A stretch of DNA of 64,000 nt from Deltaproteobacteria bacterium (GTDB lineage: Bacteria; Myxococcota; JACPTQ01): positions 6,611-70,610 of the forward strand of contig JACPTQ010000072.1 of NCBI GenBank assembly GCA_016192705.1, written 5' to 3'. This document shows positions 10,436 to 20,808 of the stretch, piece after piece (the stretch's first letter is position 1; each line of letters starts with the position of its first letter). Under the pieces are notes generated by a model. The model did no database searches. It was not told the DNA's origin and saw nothing but the letters and a program-made list of their open reading frames with translations. The position numbers and the translations under genes are program-made.

Positions 10436-12414
10436 TGCCGCATCGGAAGAACGAGAGGCGAGGGCGTCCTCCAGCCGAACGGACCGGTGTCTTCGTTCGG
10501 AACCGGCGCGGGTTTGGTTTCATCGCTGAGGACGCGCACGCCGAAAACGTTTCGCGCGAGCCCGATGACGATCACTTTGTCGGGCCGACCGACACGGGGG
10601 ACGCCATGTCGGGTGATCGCGTGGCGTTCGTTGTTACGCGGCGTCGCGGTCGACCCGCCGCATGCGTCACGAAGGTCATCGAAAGACGGCGCGAATCGAT
10701 CGTCGGGACGTTGGCGATGCGCGCGCGCAATATGCTCTTCGTCCCGAACGACGAAGCGATCTCGCCCATCCCGGTTCGCGGAGCCGCGCAACTTCGCGAG
10801 GGGCGACTGGTCGTTGCCAAGGTTCGGCGTTACCCCTCGGCGGACGACGCGGGCGAGGTTGAAATTGCGCGTGATATCGGCGCGCCGAACGATGCGGGAG
10901 TTGAGGTCGACGTCGCCATCGAAACGCACGGCCTCGCGCGAGAGTTCCCGGTCGACGTTATTCGTGAAAGTGAGCGGGTTTCGTCGACCGTCACGGAGCG
11001 AGATTGGGCGGGCCGCCTCGATCTTCGGGCGCTCCCCTTCGTCACCATCGATGGTGACGACGCGCGTGACTTCGACGATGCCGTTTGCGTGGAGGTGGGC
11101 GAGAAAGGCGGTGTTACGCTCTGGGTCGCTATCGCCGATGTGTCGCATTATGTGCGACCAAGGAGCGCGCTGGATCGCGAGGCGGCGAAGCGCGGTGTGA
11201 GCGTCTATTTCCCGGGACGGGTCTTGCCGATGCTCCCCGAAACGCTCTCGAACGGGATCTGCAGTCTCAACCCGCATGTTGATCGGCTCGCATGGGTTGT
11301 CGAGATGCCGTTTGATCCGCGCGGCGCCCTGGCGCCGGCCAGGTTTCACGAGGCTGTGTTTCGCTCGCACGGCCGACTCACCTACAGCAACGTCGAGCGC
11401 GCACTTCACGACGAAAGCGCGCGGCTTCCGATCACGCGCGAGCATCTGTTGCGAATGCGCCACCTTGCGGAGCAGCTCGTGGCGCGGCGGGCCGAGGGAG
11501 GAAGTCTCGACCTCGACGTTGTCGAGGCCGTCGTGAAGTTGGGCGAAGATCTGCGTCCCGTCGATGTCGAGCGTCGCGAGCGCCTTTTCGCGCATCGTAT
11601 GATCGAAGAGTTCATGATTGCGACGAACGAAGCGGTGGGGCGTTTTTTTTCAAGACGGGACCTTCCGACGCTTTATCGGGTTCACGAGGTTCCGGAGCCA
11701 GACTCGCTCGCAGCTCTTGTGAAACTTGCGGAAGCCCTCGGGGTGCGGCGGCCGCGCGAACTGCCGACGACCCCCAAGCGCCTCGCGGAGTTTGCGGCGA
11801 GCTTTCCAACCGGCGCGGGTCGCGCGACGCTCTCGCGGGCACTTCTGCGTTCCCTCAAGGAGGCGCGGTACAGCGTTGAGAACGTGGGGCACTTTGGCCT
11901 GGCATCGCCCGACTATCTGCACTTCACGTCACCGATTCGTCGGTATCCCGACCTTGTCGTGCATCGCCTGCTTAAGTCGGCGACGCGGCGCGAGCGGCGC
12001 GCCAAAAAGGCAGAGGCCGCGATGGCGGCTGAGGTTGAAGCTCTTTCCGCTGTGGCGGTCGCGTCTTCAAACGCCGAGCGACGGGCGGTTGCGGCGGAGC
12101 GCGATGTCATGGCGCTTCACAAAGCGATGTTGATGGCGACGCGCATCGGCGACGTGCTTGATGGAACCGTTGTCGCCGTTAAGCCGTTCGGTGTGTTCGT
12201 TGAGCTCGACGATCCTTTCGTCGACGGGCTTGTCTCCACGCAATCACTTCCCGATGGTCCTTGGACGTTCGATCGCGAGCGCGAGGTTTTCGTGCCACCC
12301 CGACGTGGGCGTTTCATTCAGATGGGCGATCGGGTGCGCGTCGAGGTTTTGTCGGTCAGCGTGGCGCGCCGCCAGACGGACTTCCGGTGGGCTGGTTTTC
12401 TAGGAGCCCGATAA
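10435..12414 (+). CDS. rnr: ribonuclease R (RNB-family 3'-5' exoribonuclease with C-terminal S1 domain)
   Basis: 659 aa; cold-shock-like N-terminal region, RNB catalytic domain (FVTIDGDDARDFDDAV, YFPGRVLPMLPE), C-terminal S1 domain (GDVLDGTVVAVKPFGVFVELD). Start overlaps the purD stop. Confidence 0.85.
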   Translation: MPHRKNERRGRPPAERTGVFVRNRRGFGFIAEDAHAENVSREPDDDHFVGPTDTGDAMSGDRVAFVVTRRRGRPAACVTKVIERRRESIVGTLAMRARNMLFVPNDEAISPIPVRGAAQLREGRLVVAKVRRYPSADDAGEVEIARDIGAPNDAGVEVDVAIETHGLAREFPVDVIRESERVSSTVTERDWAGRLDLRALPFVTIDGDDARDFDDAVCVEVGEKGGVTLWVAIADVSHYVRPRSALDREAAKRGVSVYFPGRVLPMLPETLSNGICSLNPHVDRLAWVVEMPFDPRGALAPARFHEAVFRSHGRLTYSNVERALHDESARLPITREHLLRMRHLAEQLVARRAEGGSLDLDVVEAVVKLGEDLRPVDVERRERLFAHRMIEEFMIATNEAVGRFFSRRDLPTLYRVHEVPEPDSLAALVKLAEALGVRRPRELPTTPKRLAEFAASFPTGAGRATLSRALLRSLKEARYSVENVGHFGLASPDYLHFTSPIRRYPDLVVHRLLKSATRRERRAKKAEAAMAAEVEALSAVAVASSNAERRAVAAERDVMALHKAMLMATRIGDVLDGTVVAVKPFGVFVELDDPFVDGLVSTQSLPDGPWTFDREREVFVPPRRGRFIQMGDRVRVEVLSVSVARRQTDFRWAGFLGAR

Positions 12415-13132
12415 GTGAGACCGACCATCGGATTTTTCTCGACCACGTCGCAAGTGGGATGTCGGGCACTTTGAGGGCAAACCGCTTTGCCTCGCGCGGC
12501 AGAACGGATGCGCCCTCACGCTCAAGGACCGGATGGAGAAAACGCCGCACGAGCGTGCCGCCGCCCTCGTCGAGAAAATCGACCGCGAGCTGAATCTCTC
12601 GAACAGCGCGTTCGCCGCGGTTCTGAACTTCGCCACTGATGACGGCGACTTTGCCATCCCGAAGGTCATCGACGGCCTGCGCGCGCAACTCTGGGAAATC
12701 GATATGGGGCCTATAAAAGAGCCCGGCTTCGTCTTCAAGCTGGACGCTCACACGAGCCGTCTTGGCCGCTTCGACGTTGACGCTTGACCTCGCCGTCCGA
12801 TGGTGAGGCGCGCGAATTTCTATTTGACGCGAGCCGGCGGCGATGTCGACTTCAATCGGGCAAACATCGCCCATCACGCGTTCGTCGATGCGAATCGATA
12901 CATTCTTGCTTGGTGTACATGAAATGATGAGACGGCCGGTTGGAATTGGCCGCGCGGCACCGGGTGTTCTCGGCGGCTGGGACGCGCGCGTCGCATCCGT
13001 TTCTCGGCGAGCATTTGCAACGGCGACGTCGGCAACGCATTTCGTCTCGGACCGCTCGGCGACACGCATCCCTCCGTAAAACGCACCGCCCCCAGAGAGC
13101 AGCGAAACCACGAGCCATGCGCCATCCTTCAT
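12356..13132 (-). CDS. hypothetical protein, possibly PEGA-like domain
   Basis: 258-aa ORF downstream of gspN on the same strand. N-terminal hydrophobic segment; a middle segment loosely resembles PEGA-type beta domains. Convergent 59-bp overlap with the rnr 3' end. Confidence 0.3.
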   Translation of the reverse strand: MKDGAWLVVSLLSGGGAFYGGMRVAERSETKCVADVAVANARRETDATRASQPPRTPGAARPIPTGRLIISCTPSKNVSIRIDERVMGDVCPIEVDIAAGSRQIEIRAPHHRTARSSVNVEAAKTARVSVQLEDEAGLFYRPHIDFPELRAQAVDDLRDGKVAVISGEVQNRGERAVREIQLAVDFLDEGGGTLVRRFLHPVLEREGASVLPREAKRFALKVPDIPLATWSRKIRWSVSLIGLLENQPTGSPSGGAPR

Positions 13133-13199
13133 TGCTTTCGTCCATCAATAAGAACTGGCCGATGTCGCCGCCGTATTCCACGCTTCAGGCTGCGCGGGG

Positions 13200-14390
13200 T
13201 CATCGTTTTGAATCGGGCAAAACTGCCGGTTTGGCGGGTCGCGGTGGCATGAGCCCAAACGGCTCAGTTGGCGCCGGAATCGCGCGGTCCGCTCGCGCCA
13301 TGGTTCCGCGAATGCGGAAACCGTACGATTTTGTCGACGAATTGTAGGCCGCCTTAAAATTCCCCATCGACGGGAGCATCGTAAGGATTTGATTGGCCTT
13401 GATGAACGACTCCGTGAAACGCACAGTTATCCATAGGTCGTAGTTCGAGTCCTTGAGGACGTTGTTGAGTCGTACGACGCCCTTGACACCAAGCTCCACG
13501 TCCGGCGACTTGATCCCGACTTTGTCAGGCGTCAGAAAGACCGTCCCCGCTTCCACGTCGAGTACGGCTGAAAGCGGCGTCAACGTCATGGCGGGAATTT
13601 TCTGCGTCGCGTCGACCGTCTCGCCCGGGTTTTCGCCGGGAAGTTTATATTTGTAATCAAATGACGGAAGCTGAAATGGCGAAATTTGGACCTCGATTTT
13701 CCCGATGGTTTCACTCCATCGCATGACGCTCGCTCCTTTGTCGCCACCCGCGGTTGGTCCCGAAAGATCGATTCTCGCGCCGACGGCGCCGGTCGGTGCG
13801 ACACCGAGTTTCGAATGAAGGACGGCGAGGCGGTCCAGGAGGATTCCTTTCGCGTCGGCTCTGACCGACCATTTTTTTGCACCCTTTGAAAAATCTGCGT
13901 TTAGCTCACCATCGGCAACGCGAAGCCCCAGCGAGACGTCAAGCCTCTTAGAAAACAGAAAGGGGAGAATCCCAACCCGCGCATGGAAGTCCTTGATGGT
14001 CAGACTTGGGCCGTCATCGCCCGCCGTACCGCCGCCTTCAGCGCGCGCGCCGGCGCGGCTTTCCGTGCGACGTGCGTCGGGTTTCGCCGATGCGGCCGTT
14101 GCAGCGCCCGATCGCGGATCGATTCGCGCGTCTGCGTCTCCAGCCTTTGTGGTTGCGCTGGGTTTGAAAGTTAACGTAATCGCTCGCGCTTGAATCCCCG
14201 AAAACCGATAAGTCGAAAGCCCCGTAAACTCGACCTTTGCCCCGAGCGCTTGTGAGATGTCGCCTCGGTATCGATCGAGAACGGCGGCGACTGGAAAGTT
14301 CAGATACGTAAAAAAGGCAAGGAGGGCGAGGGCACCGAAGATCGATGCGACAACACGGAGGGCCGCCCGAAGCCGGGTGCGGGCCGCCAT
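13200..14390 (-). CDS. gspN: type II secretion system protein N-like (called by position and topology)
   Basis: 396 aa; N-terminal TM helix (VVASIFGALALLAFFTYL); last gene of the gsp operon, start overlapping the gspM stop. No strong sequence motif recognised. Confidence 0.4.
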   Translation of the reverse strand: MAARTRLRAALRVVASIFGALALLAFFTYLNFPVAAVLDRYRGDISQALGAKVEFTGLSTYRFSGIQARAITLTFKPSATTKAGDADARIDPRSGAATAASAKPDARRTESRAGARAEGGGTAGDDGPSLTIKDFHARVGILPFLFSKRLDVSLGLRVADGELNADFSKGAKKWSVRADAKGILLDRLAVLHSKLGVAPTGAVGARIDLSGPTAGGDKGASVMRWSETIGKIEVQISPFQLPSFDYKYKLPGENPGETVDATQKIPAMTLTPLSAVLDVEAGTVFLTPDKVGIKSPDVELGVKGVVRLNNVLKDSNYDLWITVRFTESFIKANQILTMLPSMGNFKAAYNSSTKSYGFRIRGTMARADRAIPAPTEPFGLMPPRPAKPAVLPDSKR

Positions 14391-15328
14391 CAGCGTTTCC
14401 CTCGTGCGGGGCCCGGCGCTGGCAGCTTTACGGGAAAAGGCGGCTCAACGCGCGGTGTGACAAGGCCGGGTGGCGCAATTTCGCTGGCGCGTGGGCGGAC
14501 AATGGCGTCACGTCGGAGGAGCGAGGGAATGCGGAGGGGCGTTGGCGCCGCAGCGCCCGCCGGAGAGACCACGGGAGCGGGCGGTGATGCCGTTGGCGCC
14601 GGCAATGAAGGCGCTTTCGTTACGGTCGGCGTTGGGACGCTGGGCGCCGAGGGACCTGGCGACGCTTTAGTCGAAGCCGGACCAAGCGCTGGTGCTGCCG
14701 GTGGCGCTGCTCCCGTTGCGCCGCCAGGTCGAGGCGGTTGGCCCCGCGTTCCGGGAGGTTCCGCCGGAGCGCCCGCGGGTGTTTCGCCGCCACCCTTCAA
14801 GTGAAATGTCGACACAGTGAAGCGGACCTCACGGAAGTTGTTGTCGCCCTTGTAGTCGAGACGCAGTTCACGAATGAGCGCCACCGCCTGGCTGCTTTCC
14901 ACCTCCATCAACAGTTTGACGACCTTGTCGTAGGCGACGTTTGTAAGACGCGCCTCCATGCTGACTTCCTCGACGTCGGTTGGTTTAGCCGGCGTTGGAA
15001 CGGGACGGTCTTTGAGGTCGTCGATGGTGACGCCGATGTTACGTGCGACACCCTCCAAGTATCGCCGCAGCTGCGGCGGTTGGATTCGCAGGATGTTTTC
15101 CCGCTCGCGCAACTTGGCCTGCCTCTTCAAGTAAACGTCGCGCCCGCCATAGAGCGTTTCAAGGTGCGCGCGGTTGGCTTCGAGTCGCCGCTCTCGGGCC
15201 TTGTGTTTCCCCGAAGTGATCTGCCAAGCGAGGGCCGTTCCGCCGACGACGATCACACCGGCCAGCACGACAAGGAGTGCGCGATCGCGCGGCGACAGTC
15301 TCTCAAGTGCTGTAGCAAGCGCCGACAT
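14390..15328 (-). CDS. gspM: type II secretion system protein M-like with Pro-rich C-terminal extension
   Basis: Start MSALATALERL overlaps the gspL stop (TGATG). Single TM (LLVVLAGVIVVGGTALAW), periplasmic domain, then a long Pro/Ala-rich tail. Confidence 0.5.
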   Translation of the reverse strand: MSALATALERLSPRDRALLVVLAGVIVVGGTALAWQITSGKHKARERRLEANRAHLETLYGGRDVYLKRQAKLRERENILRIQPPQLRRYLEGVARNIGVTIDDLKDRPVPTPAKPTDVEEVSMEARLTNVAYDKVVKLLMEVESSQAVALIRELRLDYKGDNNFREVRFTVSTFHLKGGGETPAGAPAEPPGTRGQPPRPGGATGAAPPAAPALGPASTKASPGPSAPSVPTPTVTKAPSLPAPTASPPAPVVSPAGAAAPTPLRIPSLLRRDAIVRPRASEIAPPGLVTPRVEPPFPVKLPAPGPARGKR

Positions 15329-16896
15329 CAACAACCCGGCTCGATCGAAATCCGAAACTGGATGCGATCGCTGATGCCGCTCTTTCGTGACTCCGGTATC
15401 GTGACGCGCGTGAAACACTTGTGCGTTTTCAAGTTTTGCTCCACCTCCGAAAGCTGTTCTTGCGAATCGATCTCCCCGCGAACGTCAATCGACCTGGGCC
15501 CAACGGCAAACGACAAAACGTCCAACTTCACTGGGATTTTCGATTCAGGCCGCGCCCGCGCGTACTTTGCGAAATCACCCCAGTAATCAAGCGCGCTGAC
15601 CTCCGGCATCCGCTGCTCGTCAGATGGTCCGCCGACGCCGAGCTGATTCAGCGCCACACTAAACTCAAAAATCTCCTTTCCAAAAATGACCTTTGTAATT
15701 CGTTTGAGCTCGCCCTTTTGAGCGTCCTCTTTCGCCGAGAGGAGACCGCCGCGCGACACCAGCGAGAAAATGAGCAGCGCGACGAGTGCGATGATCGACG
15801 CGGCGATTCGACCGGCCCGCTCCTTGACGATGTCGAGATTGGCCGTCAAAACGAACTCGTCCTTGCGAAGGTTGATCGGCGGAGTCTTTGAGCCGGTGAC
15901 GCCACGAAGCGCAAGCCCAAGCGCCTTACACGCAAGGTCGCCCACCTCCGCTTCGTGGGGAATCGAGTCGGTGGTTCCCGCGAGTGGCCGAAAACGTTCG
16001 ACGGCCGTGCCAAGCTCATGCGCGAGATGCCCGTCAAGACCACGGATTCGCGACCCACCCCCAACGAGCAAAATCCGCTCGACTTGCGCATTTCCGGCTG
16101 CGTGGTAACTGAGCAACGTGCGCTTGATGTCGAGCGCGAGCGGCGCGACAGCCGACAGCGCGGCTCGGCGCAAAATCGCTTCCGTGTCGGTTAACGTCGC
16201 GCGCTCCTCAATCGACAACGAATCGTGCTTAAGGCCGGCCGCCGATTCCTCGTCAACACCGAGGGCCTTTGCGATGGCGCGCGTCACATGGGCGCCGCCG
16301 CGCGACAGCGTTCGCGTGAAGGCAAAATCCCCGTTTTCGATAATGACGATGTCCGTCGTGAGGTGCCCCACGTCGATAAGGGCAATCGGCTCGGTCGCTC
16401 CGGATAAAGACTGCGACGCCAACGACGCAAACGCGAGCGGAGCAAGGGTGATGACCCGCGGTTCCGCCGGAGTCCCCGCGAAAGGCCGCAGTGTTTCGGC
16501 GATGACTTTCTTCGGGGCGACGACAACGAAAACCTCAGAGCCCTCGCGCCGCGACGTCATTCGGAAGTGATCGAAAACGACATCCGTTATTTCGAATGGG
16601 ACAGCCTCCTCGACTTGGAAGGGAAGGGCGGCTTCTATTTTGCGCGGGTCAACAAACGGGAACTGCAAACGCCGCGTGGAGGCGCGATCACCACGCACGC
16701 CGACCACGACGCCCTCGCCGCCGAGTCGATGGTCCGCGACGATGCGAGCGACGGTTGAGGCGACATCTTCAGAGGCGCCGCCGCGGATGCGTTCTTCATG
16801 AAACGCGACAACCCGATAGCTCCGGAACGTCGCAAGGATCTCGACAACTTTGACTGAGTAACTTCCAACGTCGATCCCAATGAAGCGTTGCGGCAT
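15328..16896 (-). CDS. gspL: type II secretion system protein L (actin-like cytoplasmic domain + TM + periplasmic domain)
   Basis: Start MPQRFIGIDVGSYSVKVVEIL (PilM/GspL actin-like fold), TM segment near aa 370, periplasmic C-terminus. TAATG overlap with the gspK stop. Confidence 0.65.
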   Translation of the reverse strand: MPQRFIGIDVGSYSVKVVEILATFRSYRVVAFHEERIRGGASEDVASTVARIVADHRLGGEGVVVGVRGDRASTRRLQFPFVDPRKIEAALPFQVEEAVPFEITDVVFDHFRMTSRREGSEVFVVVAPKKVIAETLRPFAGTPAEPRVITLAPLAFASLASQSLSGATEPIALIDVGHLTTDIVIIENGDFAFTRTLSRGGAHVTRAIAKALGVDEESAAGLKHDSLSIEERATLTDTEAILRRAALSAVAPLALDIKRTLLSYHAAGNAQVERILLVGGGSRIRGLDGHLAHELGTAVERFRPLAGTTDSIPHEAEVGDLACKALGLALRGVTGSKTPPINLRKDEFVLTANLDIVKERAGRIAASIIALVALLIFSLVSRGGLLSAKEDAQKGELKRITKVIFGKEIFEFSVALNQLGVGGPSDEQRMPEVSALDYWGDFAKYARARPESKIPVKLDVLSFAVGPRSIDVRGEIDSQEQLSEVEQNLKTHKCFTRVTIPESRKSGISDRIQFRISIEPGC

Positions 16897-18170
16897 TACT
16901 CTTCCCTCCAATAGAGCAGTTTCCCGCCAGGCGGGCCGTTGTCGAGGATCGCCGTGACTTTCTTGCGCGTGATTTCTGAGGTGTTCGGCTCGTCGCCCAC
17001 GACCTCAACGACGCGGACCTCAATTCTGAAAACGCGACTCTGCACATCGATGGCACCCAAGAGCGCCGCCTCGTCGAGTGCAATCACCGTCTTGAACGCA
17101 TCAACGAACTCTTGCGCGCCCTTAATGCCGCCCCCAAACAGCGGATCGCGTCGACGCAGATACTCGTTCACCGCTTTCTCAAGAGTTGGATTATTCGGAT
17201 CGAGCAGCCGGTCAAATTTGTCCTTCGCGTACGCGCGAATCAACGTCAAAACGACATCGCGACTCGCCGTTGTAACGTTGACGCGGCCCGCACCGTAGAC
17301 CGTGAAATCGGGCTCGAACACTTCGCGCATCAATTTGTCGCTCATGCCGCGCACGAGATGAAGCTCCTTGATGCTGTCGAACTTTGCGTTTTTCGATTTG
17401 TAAGAATCCCTCAACGATTGATAGTGCGACTCTTCGTAGCCACCGCCGATGCGTTCGGTATCGGTGTCCATCCAATCGACGATCGCCGCCGCAAGGTCCT
17501 CGCGCGTCGTCGTCTGGCCGTCGGGGTCGCGTTCTTGAAAGTACTTTTCCCACTCGGGGCCCTGCAGGCGCGCAAGAACGTGCTGCACGATCGCCTTCGA
17601 TTCCTCGATGGTGCAACATTTATTGAGATTGAATTTTCGGTCTTCGTCGGTGACGGTGCACCGCGCCTGAAACGGAAGCCCGAGGAACCCGACGCTTTTC
17701 GGTTTCTTTTCTTTCGGCGCTTCACCGGATCGTGTCGTTGTTGACGGGGCGCCCGGTGGCCGCGTCGGCGAGCGATCGTCTTTTTTCTTTTCTTCGGGCA
17801 TCGTGAGCGCGCCAAGCCCAATCTCCGCAAGGATTTGGTTGATATTGCCGCCCGACGACAGTGTGCGCAAAAGTTCAGTTCGACAAAAGTCGATCGACGC
17901 GGGGCCTACGTTCAGATTCCAAAGTTGAATGTTCGTTCCGATCTGGCGCTGCATCGGGTCAACGAATGTTTTTTGTGCGTGGAGAAGCGCGCGCATCATG
18001 TTGAACGCCGAATGCGCGATTTGGTTCGCCTGAACGTCGTCGCGGGTGAGCGCGCTGCGATCGATTTTCGCCTGCGTGTTGAACTGGAATTCGTACACCA
18101 TCACGGAAAGAACCGCGAGCACCGTGAGGACCATGAGCAACGCGAATCCGTTTGACGCACGCTTTTTCAA
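16896..18170 (-). CDS. gspK: type II secretion minor pseudopilin GspK
   Basis: 424 aa; N-terminus MKKRASNGFALLMVLTVLAVLSVMVYEF (prepilin-like hydrophobic helix with the conserved E); large periplasmic domain. Start overlaps the gspJ stop. Confidence 0.7.
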   Translation of the reverse strand: MKKRASNGFALLMVLTVLAVLSVMVYEFQFNTQAKIDRSALTRDDVQANQIAHSAFNMMRALLHAQKTFVDPMQRQIGTNIQLWNLNVGPASIDFCRTELLRTLSSGGNINQILAEIGLGALTMPEEKKKDDRSPTRPPGAPSTTTRSGEAPKEKKPKSVGFLGLPFQARCTVTDEDRKFNLNKCCTIEESKAIVQHVLARLQGPEWEKYFQERDPDGQTTTREDLAAAIVDWMDTDTERIGGGYEESHYQSLRDSYKSKNAKFDSIKELHLVRGMSDKLMREVFEPDFTVYGAGRVNVTTASRDVVLTLIRAYAKDKFDRLLDPNNPTLEKAVNEYLRRRDPLFGGGIKGAQEFVDAFKTVIALDEAALLGAIDVQSRVFRIEVRVVEVVGDEPNTSEITRKKVTAILDNGPPGGKLLYWREE

Positions 18171-18886
18171 TATTTCACCGGGTCCTTGTACATCATGACT
18201 TTTGTCTGCGTTGTCAGCGTCAGATCCCGCCCTTGGTCATCGAGAATCGTGACTGAGATTTTGATTCGCTCGGGCAGCCGATCCGGTTGGCCGTCGACCG
18301 ACTCCGTGTCCCAACTGTCTTTCCAGCAATCCTCTTTACAGTCCTTTCCGTCCCAATACCGCAACTCGACCTTCTTCACATTCTCCGCGACCACGTGCGG
18401 AATTCCGCCGCGTTCTGGTTCGTCGTCGAGCCGCCGCGACTCTCGCCGCATGAAGTTGTACAGCCCGAGGTCGCGGCCGCGTCGCTTGTCGTCGGCCTTT
18501 TTCCCACGGCCAGCGCGGAACGATTCACGCTCCCCGAAGTAAGTGATTTCGCACTGATCCGACTCATGACTGTTCTTGTAGAGCCGCATGTGCGAGAGCG
18601 ATGCGAAAACGACCTTCGACACGGGACGTTCGTCCTTCGCCTGAAAAATCGTTTTCACGCGTCGCTCGCCGATCGTCGGAATGTTCCGAGAAAGGTAAGC
18701 CATCGACAGGTCGCGAACCATGCGCGTCATGGCCATTCTCACGCCCTCGTACGAATCGAGCTGGCGTTCGAGCTCCTCTTTGGAGTCAAAGCTCTGCGCG
18801 AATCCGCCCCACACGAGTGTCATCATCATCGCCGTCAGGAACACCGCGAGCAGCGTCTCCGCGAGCGTCATCCCTCGCTGCCTCAT
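18167..18886 (-). CDS. gspJ: type II secretion minor pseudopilin GspJ
   Basis: Internal start MRQRGMTLAETLLAVFLTAMMMTLVWGG overlaps the gspI stop (ATGA); prepilin-type N-terminal helix with E at +5. The upstream ORF-track extension is discarded. Confidence 0.65.
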   Translation of the reverse strand: MRQRGMTLAETLLAVFLTAMMMTLVWGGFAQSFDSKEELERQLDSYEGVRMAMTRMVRDLSMAYLSRNIPTIGERRVKTIFQAKDERPVSKVVFASLSHMRLYKNSHESDQCEITYFGERESFRAGRGKKADDKRRGRDLGLYNFMRRESRRLDDEPERGGIPHVVAENVKKVELRYWDGKDCKEDCWKDSWDTESVDGQPDRLPERIKISVTILDDQGRDLTLTTQTKVMMYKDPVKY

Positions 18887-19608
18887 CTCGCCGCCCCCAC
18901 CGAACCGATGCGCCCGGACGTCGCCGGCACCGCAGCCCCCGACGTCGCCGCGCCCACGAGCCCGGCCGCTGCACCCGCCGCTGCGGGCGTAACCCCCGGA
19001 ATCGCACCCGCCGAAATGCCCGCCGGCAGGCCACCCGGCTTCAAGTTGACGAGGTGCGTGACCAGCGAAAACGACTCCCATTCGCGCGAATCTTTCCCTT
19101 CCCTCCATTTGACGGTGACGCGCAACTCGCGAATCAGCTCCTCGAGTTGCTCTTGAATCATCTGCACGGGCCCCTTGAAATTCGCGAGCATCGCGACGAC
19201 GCTTCCGCGCGCATCGGCCGGCGTCGGCCCGCTCGGCCGCGCTGGATCTGACATCGCCGCAGCAGCGGCCGCTTGGACCTCACCCGCTTTCGCCGCCGTC
19301 GCTTCGAGCATCTGCGAAATCGGCAGTTCAATCCGCTTGAGCGTCCACTCACAGCGATACATCGGCAGGTCGCGGTTACACTCCTCGTCGCCTTCCTTAT
19401 CGAACTCCCCAAAGCCGTCGATCGCAAACTGATGTTCGAGATCGAGCACCTTCGCGCGCGCGACGGCGACCGCGCCGATCGTGTCTTTCGCGATGTTTGC
19501 CCTTGAGAATGTTTGGCTCTGCCCCACCATAATGACGCCCATATTGATGGCCAAAACCGCCAGCGCCACCATTACCTCCAGCAGCGTAAATCCTTCTTCT
19601 CTCCTCAC
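18883..19608 (-). CDS. gspI: type II secretion minor pseudopilin GspI (unusually long, Ala/Pro-rich C-terminus)
   Basis: N-terminus MRREEGFTLLEVMVALAVLAI, a classic type IV prepilin-like leader and helix. 241 aa versus about 120 typical. Confidence 0.65.
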   Translation of the reverse strand: MRREEGFTLLEVMVALAVLAINMGVIMVGQSQTFSRANIAKDTIGAVAVARAKVLDLEHQFAIDGFGEFDKEGDEECNRDLPMYRCEWTLKRIELPISQMLEATAAKAGEVQAAAAAAMSDPARPSGPTPADARGSVVAMLANFKGPVQMIQEQLEELIRELRVTVKWREGKDSREWESFSLVTHLVNLKPGGLPAGISAGAIPGVTPAAAGAAAGLVGAATSGAAVPATSGRIGSVGAAR

Positions 19609-20267
19609 GGGATCGTCTCCTGCGCCTCGGCACCACGCTCACGCTTCTCCTCATCCGGCACTGGAATGAGACCCTGTTCGACGTCGACCCGCCCGAGGTA
19701 GGGGTGAACAATGAGCGTGACGATGTGATCGTCGTCCGAGCTGAGATAAATGTACGCGCGCTCGGCGTAACCAAGCGGAAAGAAACGCAGGACCACCACA
19801 CCTTTTTTAACCATCCCCTCAAACGCTGGAGTCCACGCGCCGTGAATCCGCGTCGGCGCAGGGATCTTGACGTTTTTCTTTTCTGAATCGAGAAGCCCCG
19901 GAAAAGGATCGAAGCCACCGCCGCCGCCCGGGAGGGCTGAACTTCCCGTCCCCTCAGTTCTCTTCTTCTCGTCAAAAATTGTCTCACCATCACGAACGCG
20001 CACGACTTCAGGATCGAGGAGGTCGGCTTCAAGCGATGCGTCGAGGCTGTAGGTTTGCGCATCGAGATCGAGCGTGATTTTAACTTGCGCCGACTGCAGC
20101 GCCGCGGTGTCAAACGCCATGCGAATCGTCCCCGACAAGCGCAACGCCGTCGCGTCAACTTCTGACATATCGATGGCGCGCACGCCGAGCGTTACAACAC
20201 CGAACGCGAGCGACACGATGAGCATCACCGCCATGATCTCAAAAAGTGTAAAGCCGGAGCGCTTCAT
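19605..20267 (-). CDS. gspH: type II secretion minor pseudopilin GspH
   Basis: N-terminus MKRSGFTLFEIMAVMLIVSLAFGV, a prepilin-like leader and helix; position between gspG and gspI. Confidence 0.65.
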   Translation of the reverse strand: MKRSGFTLFEIMAVMLIVSLAFGVVTLGVRAIDMSEVDATALRLSGTIRMAFDTAALQSAQVKITLDLDAQTYSLDASLEADLLDPEVVRVRDGETIFDEKKRTEGTGSSALPGGGGGFDPFPGLLDSEKKNVKIPAPTRIHGAWTPAFEGMVKKGVVVLRFFPLGYAERAYIYLSSDDDHIVTLIVHPYLGRVDVEQGLIPVPDEEKRERGAEAQETIP

Positions 20268-20698
20268 CGCTTGTCCGTTTTTCGCTCCTCAGTGAAGACG
20301 TCGTCGTCCGTGCCGTCGGCCTTATCCGGCCCCTTCGAGTGGATCTCGAATCCGCTCGCATCCGACTTCTTAAGATAAAGATACGGCTGGTCCCACGGGT
20401 CGAGTGGAACTTTGCCGCCCTCGAGATATTTTGACACCTCTTCGAGCGTGTCCGGAAACGACCGGTGCGTCGTGCGATACGTTTTCACCGCGGTGTTGAG
20501 ATTCCCGATCTGAATGCGCGCCGTTCGCACCTCGCCTTCCTTCAGCGCATTCACAACCGCGACGCCGACGACCCCCGCAATGAGCCCGATGATGGCGATG
20601 ACGACCATGATCTCGACAAGCGAAAAGCCTCTTGGCCGCGCTCGCGATAGGGGCCTGTCTGCGTCGTTGCCTTCGTCGCTCGCGCCCTCAACGTACAT
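20264..20698 (-). CDS. gspG: type II secretion major pseudopilin GspG
   Basis: Chosen start MYVEGASDEG... gives a 25-aa leader ending RPRG|FSLVEIMVVIAIIGLIAGVVGVAVV. Strongest pseudopilin signature in the cluster; about 144 aa, as expected for GspG. Confidence 0.8.
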   Translation of the reverse strand: MYVEGASDEGNDADRPLSRARPRGFSLVEIMVVIAIIGLIAGVVGVAVVNALKEGEVRTARIQIGNLNTAVKTYRTTHRSFPDTLEEVSKYLEGGKVPLDPWDQPYLYLKKSDASGFEIHSKGPDKADGTDDDVFTEERKTDKR

Positions 20699-20808
20699 AA
20701 GAGTACGCCTCGGGCTCTCACTCCTCGGCGCCTTGCATCCAGACCCTTCTCGCGAGCCCGGATCCAACTTCATCTCGTTCTCTTCTTTCTCTTCCATCTC
20801 TCTCCTCC